From an uncultured Candidatus Peribacteria bacterium (lineage in GTDB: Bacteria; Patescibacteriota; Gracilibacteria; Peribacterales; Peribacteraceae), in contig CAZVLZ010000001.1 in assembly GCA_964628345.1 (NCBI GenBank), forward strand, positions 8,318 to 59,987: DNA of 51,670 bases, written 5' to 3'. How positions within the stretch are numbered: the stretch's first letter is position 1; every line of letters starts with the position of its first letter. The notes beneath the pieces are model-generated. The model ran no database searches. It was not told where the DNA came from and saw only the letters and a program-made list of their open reading frames with translations. Shown in pieces: positions 26,188-36,000 of this stretch. A program made the position numbers and the translations under genes.

Positions 26188-27366
26188 TCAGGCTCTCTCG
26201 TCTGCCAGACGCCGCACGGTCTTCTTGGCGAGGAAAGCGGTAACGATGAGGCTCGCGGTCAGGAAGATGACGTCAAAGCGCAGCCCCGTGACCGGCAGAC
26301 CCGTCACGCCAATGGTCGTGGTGGCGACGAGGGCGGAACCTGCATCGTTCTCTTCGAGATCGCTCGCCGAAACGCGTGCGGTGACGGTGGACGTCGTTCC
26401 CTGCTTCAGGGATTTGCTCAGTGTGAGGGGGACCGTGACGGTCCAGGTTTTGCCCGAGTAGATTTGGGGGATTTCCCAGGAGGCGACGGCGTCGTTCACC
26501 GTTCCGAAGCGCGGGAGCGGGGTGACGAATTGAGCGGTTTCCGGATCAATCTGCGCAGAGACCACCACGTTGTGGATCGTGCGTGCTCCCGTGTTCTTGA
26601 CGGTGATCGTTCCGCGTACGGAGCCGCCGGGCAGAGCCTCGGCCTGGTGCGCGGCCACCCACACGCGGACGGTGCGTCCTTCGTTGATGTCGGCCACCGG
26701 CTCCTCCGGTACGACGGAAGAGGAGGAGGACGAAGAGGAAGACGCTGTTCCACAGGTGAATTTGCCCGTGAACAGAAGTGCACTGTTGGCGTCGAGTGAT
26801 CGCTGGATCGGCGAGATCAGGTTACATCCCGCGCGTCTGTGGAAGGTGACGCGGTACTCGCCCGGAGCCATGCTGCTGTACGTGGCGGGGGTGAAACCGG
26901 TATCGCGGGAGTCATTGGGTCCCAGGAGTTCGAATGATGCCCCTTCGGGCTCACTCTGAATGACGATAGTTCCGTCGTAGCGGTACTTGATCGTGACGGT
27001 GATGGCATCGCCATCGGCAACCGTGAAACTGACATCACGGTCCACGGTGGACACGACGTCCACGCCGTTCTTCGTGACGGTGGTCGTCATCTTGGCGGAG
27101 GAGGGTGGGGAGAGGTGCAGCAGGTACGTGCCGTTTTCGGCGGCAGGCAGCTCTCTGAGCTCTTCTTCATTGATGGTGATCTGGGAACCGTTCGGGTACG
27201 TGATCGTGTACTGCCCGTACGCTCCCACGGGACTTTGCTGGAGGATCGTGACAGAACCGCTTGCGTGCGCGCGAGAGGCGACGAGCAGAAGGAGCGTCAT
27301 AGCGGCGCTGGAACAGACGGTACGCAGGGAGAACGTCATAGCGTATGAGGGAAAGAAGACCTTCAT
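26188..27366 (-). CDS. Sortase-anchored (LPVTG) surface protein with a PEGA-like head paralogous to the neighbouring SLH protein
   Basis: N-terminal signal peptide. The C-terminal tripartite sorting signal is LPVTG, then the hydrophobic LRFDVIFLTASLIVTAFL, then KKTVRR. A poly-Ser linker and a beta-sandwich region precede it. The ORF is open to a TTG at 27384. Confidence 0.8.
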   Translation of the reverse strand: MKVFFPSYAMTFSLRTVCSSAAMTLLLLVASRAHASGSVTILQQSPVGAYGQYTITYPNGSQITINEEELRELPAAENGTYLLHLSPPSSAKMTTTVTKNGVDVVSTVDRDVSFTVADGDAITVTIKYRYDGTIVIQSEPEGASFELLGPNDSRDTGFTPATYSSMAPGEYRVTFHRRAGCNLISPIQRSLDANSALLFTGKFTCGTASSSSSSSSSVVPEEPVADINEGRTVRVWVAAHQAEALPGGSVRGTITVKNTGARTIHNVVVSAQIDPETAQFVTPLPRFGTVNDAVASWEIPQIYSGKTWTVTVPLTLSKSLKQGTTSTVTARVSASDLEENDAGSALVATTTIGVTGLPVTGLRFDVIFLTASLIVTAFLAKKTVRRLADERA

Positions 27367-27418
27367 CCCGCTCAGGCGGGACAAAAGGGCAGTATTAAAC
27401 CAGTAATTTTGTGATATG

Positions 27419-29938
27419 TCAATTATCTTTCACATTCTCTGACCAGGCGGCAGAAAGTGCCATTTGCCATATTTCCTGCAATGGAGGCAGTTTCTGTGAG
27501 AGAAGCACCTCCTTGCCCTGCTTCACCGTGAGCAGGGGAGACACCGTCGTGCATCCGAGCAGGGAGACCGGAACTCCTACATTCGCGCATTCGGCCATGA
27601 TGCCGTCAACGTGGTCCTTTGCGACCTCAAGCAGAAAACCGCCGGTTTGGCTGAAGAGGAGCGTATCCGCACGCAGGGAAGAACCGAAGGAGGCGAGATC
27701 GACCGTGATGCCGAGGCCGCCTCCGCACTTTCTCTGCGGGAGAGTCATTTCGAAGAGGGCGAGGAGCAGGCCCCCGTCACTCACGTCGTGGCACGAGAGA
27801 GCTCTCCCTGATTGAATAACTTTTGTGATCAGTTGTATTTGCTTTGCTAATGCGGAGAAGTTCGGCTTTGGCACCTCCGATCCGAGCAGGGCGTCCCGTG
27901 GAGCAACAGCCATCTGCTCCAGCACATCGTAGTAGAGGGAGCCGCCGCACTCATCCTTTCGTTCCCCGATGAAGAGGAGTGCGGAATCCGGCTTCTTCAC
28001 CTGCATGGTGACTGCCCGCGCACTGTCGGGCAGAACGCCGATGCAGCAGACGATGGCCGTGGGGTCGATGGCGCTTTTGTCCGGTTTGCCGTTGTACAGG
28101 CTCACGTTGCCCGAGATGATCGGCACCGGCTCGCCATCCATTTGGACGCCGCGCGCCGCGTCCGCGATGCCCCTGACCCCTTCTTCCAGGGCAGAGAGCT
28201 GCTGTGGAATCTCGGGATTGCCGTAGTTGAGACAGTCGGTGAGCGCGCGCGGAACGGCGCCGACGGCCGCCACGTTGCATATGGATTCCACGGCGGCGTT
28301 GGCTCCCTGCCAGTAGGCGGAGATCCGTCCGTACCGGCCGTTTCCGTCCGCGGCCAGGGCGACGCCCACGCTTCTGTCTTTCGCCGGCAGTTCCTCCCAG
28401 CCGGGATGCGTACCTTCATGAATGTAACTCGCCAAGTCCTGCAGAGGCGCAATCACGCCTGCATCGGCTTCGCCCGCTTCGGTGACGGTGATGCCGATGA
28501 CGTCTTTATCGTAGTGACGGATGAGCGGCGCAACGCTCGCGGCGTTGGGATGGCGCAGCATCGCCTTGAAAATTTCATCCAATGTGAAGGTCTTGCCTGC
28601 TACAGTTACACGATTGCCGGAGCAGGAAATGACAGGTTCCGGCCTCACCGTCTGGTCTGGCTTCGTCGGGCGCGTGTACAGCAGACCGCAGGTCACGTCG
28701 AGCGCTCTGGCGAGGCAGACGACCTGCCCGTGATGGGTGAGCCGGAGCATGGGATCTTCCGTGACGCGGCCGATGCGGCTGGCGCGGGCGTTCTCGGCGA
28801 CCTCCGGCAAGTTCCAGATTTCGTTGTAGTGGCGCAGGATGTGCGCTGTCAGCGATGGATGGCAGATCCAGCAGAAGCGTTCCTGCGTTTCGGCGCAGGC
28901 GATGATTTCGGGGGGGAGATCAGCGACGGCGGTATGGACGGCGTCCAGATCGACGTCGGCGCCCAATCCCCGTTCCGAGACCTGTTCCACGCTCGCACAG
29001 ACGACACCGCCGGCCCCGAGATCCTTGAAGCTCACTTTGTCCAAGTGCCTGTGCGCCGCGAGCCAGTCGAAGAGCGCGTAGGTCGAGGCGAGCAGGTGGC
29101 GCTCGAGGAAGGGGTTGGGCTCCTGCACGGCACCCGAGTTCTGCTCCTTCTTCTCTTCTTCCATCGAGGCGCTGGCGAAGGAGGCGCCGCCGAATCCGCT
29201 GCGGTCCGTGGGCTTGCCGATCAGAATGATATCGTAGCCGGTCTTTCCCGCTTCGGGCGGCACTTCACTGTGAATGACTTCGTCTTCGCGCACGATGCCG
29301 ACGGCGATGGCGTTGACGAGGCAGTTACTGTTATACGATGCATCGAAGACCGTATCACCGCCGAGGTTCGGGATGCCCAAGGGGTTTCCATATCCCGCGA
29401 TGCCGCGGGCGACCTCACGCGCAATGGTGCGGGATTCTTCGGTCTTCAGGTCTCCCAGACGCAGGGCATCCAACGCTCCGATCACCCGCGCGCCCATGCA
29501 CACCACGTCGCGGACCACGCCGCCGATGCCCGTGGCCGCACCTTCGAAGGGCACGATCTGCGAGGGGTGATTGTGCGATTCGTGGGAAATGACGAGTCCC
29601 CAGCGCCTGCCGGCGGGTGCGTCGGTGATGGCCACGATGCCGCTATCCTCCTTCGGACCCAGGATCACGTGGCTGCTCTCGGTGGGGAAGGTCTTCAAGA
29701 AACGGCGGCTCGATTTGTAGCTGCAGTGCTCGCTGCCCTGAATGCCCCAGATGGTTGCTTCCACGATGGTCGGGTCGCGTCCGAGCATGGTCGTGATCTT
29801 GCGGGCTTCTGCCACCGTCAGGCCGATCTTGTGCTGTTTCAGCAATTCTTGCACTTCCGCATCACCCAGGGAGGAGAGAGGGAGCAGAGGAATCGTAGGA
29901 AGTTGATCGGAGAGAGGAGTCATTTGTGGCTCCATCAT
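27419..29938 (-). CDS. purL: Phosphoribosylformylglycinamidine synthase subunit PurL (FGAM synthase II)
   Basis: GSEHCSYKSS, ESHNHPS...PFEGAATG.GG..RD...MGAR and duplicated AIR-synthase-like domains. At 839 aa it is longer than my recollection of about 740 aa for PurL. Confidence 0.9.
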   Translation of the reverse strand: MMEPQMTPLSDQLPTIPLLPLSSLGDAEVQELLKQHKIGLTVAEARKITTMLGRDPTIVEATIWGIQGSEHCSYKSSRRFLKTFPTESSHVILGPKEDSGIVAITDAPAGRRWGLVISHESHNHPSQIVPFEGAATGIGGVVRDVVCMGARVIGALDALRLGDLKTEESRTIAREVARGIAGYGNPLGIPNLGGDTVFDASYNSNCLVNAIAVGIVREDEVIHSEVPPEAGKTGYDIILIGKPTDRSGFGGASFASASMEEEKKEQNSGAVQEPNPFLERHLLASTYALFDWLAAHRHLDKVSFKDLGAGGVVCASVEQVSERGLGADVDLDAVHTAVADLPPEIIACAETQERFCWICHPSLTAHILRHYNEIWNLPEVAENARASRIGRVTEDPMLRLTHHGQVVCLARALDVTCGLLYTRPTKPDQTVRPEPVISCSGNRVTVAGKTFTLDEIFKAMLRHPNAASVAPLIRHYDKDVIGITVTEAGEADAGVIAPLQDLASYIHEGTHPGWEELPAKDRSVGVALAADGNGRYGRISAYWQGANAAVESICNVAAVGAVPRALTDCLNYGNPEIPQQLSALEEGVRGIADAARGVQMDGEPVPIISGNVSLYNGKPDKSAIDPTAIVCCIGVLPDSARAVTMQVKKPDSALLFIGERKDECGGSLYYDVLEQMAVAPRDALLGSEVPKPNFSALAKQIQLITKVIQSGRALSCHDVSDGGLLLALFEMTLPQRKCGGGLGITVDLASFGSSLRADTLLFSQTGGFLLEVAKDHVDGIMAECANVGVPVSLLGCTTVSPLLTVKQGKEVLLSQKLPPLQEIWQMALSAAWSENVKDN

Positions 29939-30067
29939 AGGGGAAAGGTTGAAGAAGTGACAGACGTGAGGAAGACCGATGAAGGTTGCAGAAGCTGTAG
30001 AGGCAAGGAAAGCCTGAAAAGTGAAAACCTGTCTGGCTTCACTCGCCTTTCACGCCTCTGCAGCCTC

Positions 30068-33000
30068 TCACTGCAGAATGAACGTCAGAACGCCCATGAT
30101 GATGTACTGCGTATTCTCATTCACGGGGGGGGCGTCGGACACGGGCGTTCCGTTGATCGCGTACAGCCGCAGGTTTTCCAGCCACTTGCCGAACGTGAAG
30201 AACGTGTTTCGATCCTTGCAGGTTGTCTTGCAGGTTGCGGTGCCCGTATTGCTGTTGCACACGCCGTCCGAGCAGTCGTCTCCGTCGTCGCACTTCTCGG
30301 CCTCGCGACCCGAGGGAACGTTGTCCACGATCCCGTCTCCGCAGCGGGCGGCTTTGCAGTTCGTTCTGCAAGTCGCGTTGGGGCTATTGCTGTTGGCGGC
30401 ACCCTCGTCGCATTCCTCGCCTTCGTCCCGTGTGCCGTCGCCGCAGTTGGGCGGGATGCTGCTGTCGGAAGACGATTGGTTGTCCGCCGAACTGCTGCCA
30501 CCGTCGTCCATTCCGCAGTTGTAGCCCGATGCGGGATACTCGATGCACTGCGATGCACCGAAGAAGGAACCTCCAATGATGCTGTATTCGCACGTGGACG
30601 GATCGATGTCCTTAAAGCAGAGGCCGTAGCCCTTGCCTTCGATGCAGCAGTTGCCTTTTTCGGGGGCGGAACTCGAAGACTCTTCGGCGGCGGAGGACGC
30701 TTCGCCTCCCGCGCTCGATGGCTGACCGCCGCCGGCTACCCCTTTGAACATGCCGCAGAAGTCGTTGCACGACCCCGCATCATCCCAAGCGTACTCGCCG
30801 TTGCCGACCATCACTTTGGTCTCGCAGATCTCGGGAGTGTTCGTGTCGGCGACCGAGAGCAGGAACGCCGAGCAACTGGCGGTGGCGGGGTTGCAGCAGA
30901 AGCGCTTGTAGGTGCCAGCCGGGCAGCTGCCGACGCAGCTCGGCATGTCGGGGAATTCCATGCCGATCGCGTCGAGCGGATCGACGGGAGAAGAGGTTCC
31001 CGAGGTATCGGCGAGGAGGGTTGAGGCGAGCAGGGGACTCACCAGCGACTGGGCGAGACCTTCCTCTTCAGAAATCTGCCGGCAGCCGACGCAATTGGAG
31101 AGATTCAAGGGTCCCGGGAGGCTGGTGCAGACCACTTTTTCTTCTTTATCTGGAGCGACAACCTCGGAACAAGCGGAGGGACATGTTCCTTCCGCCCACC
31201 ATGTCTTCATGGTGCCTTTCACCTTGCCGACGGTGACGGACTTTCCATTGTAGCTTTCGCATACTTTTTTCCTGCCATCGAGCTTTGTTTGGTCCTGCAT
31301 GTCACCGAGTTCCTTCGAGATGAGAGTTTTGTACGAATCATTCCAGCCGCTCTTCAGATCAGCGATATCCATGCAGATCGAATAGAGTGGGGCCTGCGTA
31401 TCGTTTCGGGTTGCTACCCCGCAGCAGGCAGTGGGCTTCTGGCCGCAGCGGGTCAGGAAGTCCCGTGGGCATTTGGTGAGCGGCTTCTTGTCCGCGCCGA
31501 CTAGTCGTCTGTCCTCAGGACAATCCTCGGCCGTTTCGCAAGTGGGGTTATCTCTGTCCTCCCCGCAGCAGGCGACTGGTTGCGGGCAGTCCACGGCACA
31601 CGTCTTTTGTTTTGCAGCTTCTGTGTCGAGGGTGACGATCTTGCCAGTAGAGTCCTTGGCAGGTTTTTCACACTTCTCTTGGAATTGTGGCGTGCATTTT
31701 CCTCCATCGCAGCAGGCGATTTTTTCTTTTTCCGGTGCGCACGGTGAACCTGTCGCACTCGTGCAGGCGGCCTCAGTCGCAAACGGCGCGCCTACGAGGC
31801 CCGTGTGACCCGGAATGGCCGCGCAATCCTCCGTATCCTTGTTCTCCTGTGCGATTTCGACGGGCAGGCACGTTTTGCTTTCCTCCTTGCAGCAGTAACG
31901 GTACTCCTTCTTCTCGCAATCCGATTCTTTGCAGGCGGACAGGGATTTGAACGGCGCCTTCCCGCTCCATGAGCATGTCTCGGTGCTTACATCAACCGGG
32001 ATGCATTGTGCCTTACTTTGATCATAGGTGAGAGAGCAGCAGGATTTCTTGGGTTCCTTACACTTCGCGGTGAGTTCTTCCGTGCACTGCTTGTTGTCGC
32101 CATCCAGTTTGATCTTGCACTTGCTGGGATTGTCGGGGACTTCACACTTGAGGCCGCCCGTGGTCGTATCCTCGGTGCAGCAGGCGACTTTATCCGGTTT
32201 ACAGGTTTTGTCGCAGGTCGCTTTCTTCATGGGTGAGCCCACCGGACATTTGTCACCGAGGAACAGCGAACATCTTTCATTTTCATTTTCTTTGGTCGGA
32301 TCGCAGCAGGTAGTGGCAACATCCCCGCAGAGCGATTGAATCCCTTCATCATCCGTTGGGCATACGGGGACCTGGTTTTGACTGGGGCATTTGCTCTTGT
32401 CCACATCGCCGCATGTCCATGTTTTGTTGTCGGAAGTCTGGCAGCAGGGCACTTGTTCCGCTGGTTTGCAGGGATCGTTGGGCGAACAGGGATCATTTGC
32501 CGTCATGTCGCCTTTGGTGGTGCCCTGGCAAGCGTCTTTGCTTGTAACCGCCGAGCAGACGTTATCCGTACAGCAGGCGATCCTCTTTTCGGTTTTGCAC
32601 TGGCTCTGAATGGATGTGGAATCCGTCGGACAGGCAGTACCTTTCGAGCCCAATGCTTTCTCGCTGCCACAGGATTCCTTGAGCGCACAATCGTAACTTC
32701 CGTCCGATTTTTGCAGACAGCAGGGCAATTCGCTGCCACAGGTGATGGCGCTGCAGGAATTGGAAGTGCTGATGGTTTTCGTTGTGTCACAGGCGGAACG
32801 GAGCTGATCTGTCTTACAGGAACCATCGACACAGCAGGCAACTTTCTGCGCCGGTGCCTTGCAGATCAGTTTGAGTTCTTCCGAGCAGACATCACCCCCG
32901 ATCGGTTTATTCGGATCACAATTGGATTTCGAAACGTTCGTTGCGCACGCACTACCATCTTTGGGGCAGCACGTGACCAGCTGACAAGGATTGGGCTCGC

Positions 33001-36000
33001 AAGACGTAATACTGAGATTCTTTGAAATGCCTCCCTTTGCTTCGCATTCCGATCGGACAAGTTTTGTGCAGGTGCCGTTACCCAGACAGCAGACCATGGG
33101 TTGCGCGGTGCCACTGCAGGCCTGCTTGAGGCTATCGGAACACGATGATCCGATGGGCTTATCCGGATTGCAATCTGCCCGTAGGGCGCCGGTCACACAC
33201 TTGTCTTCGAGAACATCCGATTCTTTTGCGACACAGCATGCGACGCGCTCGCAGGGATTGGGAGAGCAGGAGGTCGTGCTAGTCAGGAGTTTTCCCTTGC
33301 ATTCCTGAGCGGAGGTTAATGAACAAGAGGAGTCGGCATTGCAGCAGGCAAATTTTCCTTTTGCGTGACGGTTGACGCACGCCGCGGTACAGGCGTGTGC
33401 ATCTGCTGCTGTGTAGGCAGTGCCAACGTAGGCAGTGCCATAACCGGACGCGGCTGAACAGTCGCCCGTTGCAGGCAGGTAGACTGCGGAACAGTAGGGT
33501 GATCCCCCTTGTGGAACGGTAGCGGGGCAGCAGTATCGCAATCGTTTGTCTTCGGGGGGAGGACACTGTTTTCCGCATTCCGTCTCCGATGGGAACTGCG
33601 TCGCGTACACGATGTTGTGTGATGCGAGGTCGCTGAGAGGGCAGCCCCCGTTCTGTTTCAGTGTTGTGGAGGAGATTTTGGTGCACTGTGCTTTCTCCGT
33701 CAGTCCTGTCCCGCAACACCATTTATCCGCATCCTCGCATTTGTAGTTCGCAGGACATTGATTATTGGTGTGGACGGTATCTCCCTTGCAGAAGGTCGCG
33801 CTCTTGACTGCCAGAACATCTGTTTGGCAGCGAGCAGTGCCGCTTGTTGCGGACTTGGGACAGCAAGCGACCAGTTCGCACGGATTCGGTGAACAGGTGG
33901 AGTAACCGGTGCGGTAGGTGCCCGAACACTTATCTTTTGCGGTGAGCGAGCAGATCCCTTTTCCTGCATTGCTGGTACAGCAGACGCCTTCAGGTTTACA
34001 GGAAAGCTCGGAGCAGGAATTGGAGGTTTTTATTGGGTAATTGCTATCGCAGAGACTCAAATTACTGACATCAGTTTTGCACGTTTTTTCACCCGATCCG
34101 CTGCCGACACAGCAGGCCACTTTCTCACCACAGGCGAGTTGGACCTGTGTTGGATCGGAGGGGCAGGAGGATGTGGATGCCGGCGTTTTACAGGCGCTTT
34201 TCAGCTCCGGAGCGCAGGACCACTGATCATTCTTCTTCGTGCAGCAGGGGATCTTCTCATTCTCGCCGCACTTGGACGCGTCGCCGCTAGGCAGACAGAC
34301 GTTTGCGCAGGTACTCCTGGCGGCAGAGATGCATTCCCATCCGTTCCCTTTTTTGTTGCAGCAGGACACCTTTTCATCCGCTTTGCAGCTGGGGTCAGGT
34401 CCCAGTGTGGTGCACGTTCCGCTCTCGTAGACCTTGGAGAAGAATTCGAGATTGCCTCCGTTCTTGCTGTCGCAGGTTTTGCCCTCTTCCAGGTAGAGTC
34501 CCATGCAGGAGCCGCTTGTCGTGCAGCAGTCGACGTACTTCTTGGGTGGCTGGTTACACTGGGTTTTGTCGGTGCAGCCGTTTTCGAACGTCGTACCCTT
34601 CTGGCACTTCGCGCCTTCTTCGGATTTCTTCACCGTGATGCAGGACCAGACGGGGTTACCACTTTCATCCTTCTTAGCGGCGCTCTCCACCGGGCAGCAG
34701 CCGATCGTGTCTTTCTTATTGCACTGCGCCAGTTCATCCGAGGAGCACTTGTCCGCAGTGGCTTTGCCAAGAGAGATTTTGTTCGTGGAACTCTGGCAGT
34801 CACCCGGTTTGGTCACCGAACAGGACCACGCAGCGCTCTCCGATGCCCGCTCGCAGCAGGAGACTTTTTCTTTGTCAATATTATCGCACCTCTTCACCAG
34901 TTCTGCCCTGGAAATATTATCACAGGTATCTCCCACGAGTTGTTCCTTGCACTCCGTGGAATTTTTCAATGCGCAGTTCACGATCTGAGTTCCCGGAGTC
35001 GCTATCGAATCTTCGTACACGCAGCAGGGGACGACATTCGGACATTTCGCTTTCGAACAGAGTCCTGCGGTATTCACGAACGTACCACCCACTGCGTTGC
35101 AGGCAGCTTTCGTCATGATGTCGCAGCCCGTATCTTTGATTTCGGTGCTGCAGCACGGCTTTTCGCAAAACCCGGGAAGCGGCGATTCTCTTGCGCTGAA
35201 ATCATTTTTCGAACTGCCGTCCGGATTGCACTTCGATTTCGTCGTCTTTTGGGGACCCTGTGCCGTGCAGCACCAGCCTGGCGGATCACAGAAGTCGTTA
35301 TCGCATGATTTCGTTCCCATTGCTGAAGCCTTCGTGAAGGTTCCCGCATAGGAGGTGCACAGGTCGGCGGGGGATTTGCCCGTTGAATCGAAACCACTGT
35401 TGTAACTGAGCCAGAGCGAGGTGGTTCCGGCGAGGGAACCGCTTTTTAAATTACAGCAGCAGCCGGATTCCATGGACTTGTCGGGCCCGCCATTGCATTT
35501 TTCTTTGCACTGTTCCGCGGTGCCGGGGATCACGGTACCGGCGTGGTAGATCACGTCACCGACGGTTTCGGTCGTCGAGCAGGCAGTGGTGGACTCACCG
35601 TTCGCATTCCCTTCGTAAGTGCAGGACCAGGACACGGTGTACGGCTGGTTCGTGGCGTCGGTCGGTTTCGTATTCTTATAGTTCTTGTTCGGCGTGGAGA
35701 TCATGCGGCAGCAGTTCTTCTTCTCCTTGGGCGGGCAGCAGCAGTAGCCGCCGGTGACGGAATGGATCTGGTAGCTTCTCGCTTCGCAATCGCTTTTTGC
35801 GTCGTCTTCTCCTGCCCACCAGCATCCCATGTAGGTGCCCTCGCTGCCGGCACTGATCTTTGCGCAATCCTTCTCGACGCATGCGCTCGCCGATTGGACT
35901 ATCTTACTGCTGGGGCAGGTTCCCATTCGCACTTTGGATACGCGTTTTGACGCGTCGGCGTTGCCGGGGTCAGTGCAGCACAGTTCCGTCAGTTCGACCG

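Noticed and set aside
24916-26799. 300-aa and 316-aa plus-strand ORFs (24916-25818 and 25849-26799)
   Set aside because: Antisense to the SLH and LPVTG proteins. Gly/Arg/Asp-rich shadow ORFs.
28142-31024. 960-aa plus-strand ORF
   Set aside because: It is antisense to purL and to the 3' end of the giant gene, both of which have clear protein-level signatures. The translation is Arg/Gly/Ala/His-rich low-complexity typical of shadow ORFs in GC-rich DNA, and it spans an intergenic region.
34139-35308. 389-aa plus-strand ORF, plus similar ORFs at 32336-33025 and 36641-37597
   Set aside because: All lie antisense within the single 7.5-kb Cys-rich frame. Their translations are Ala/Gly/Arg-rich with no signal or domain pattern.
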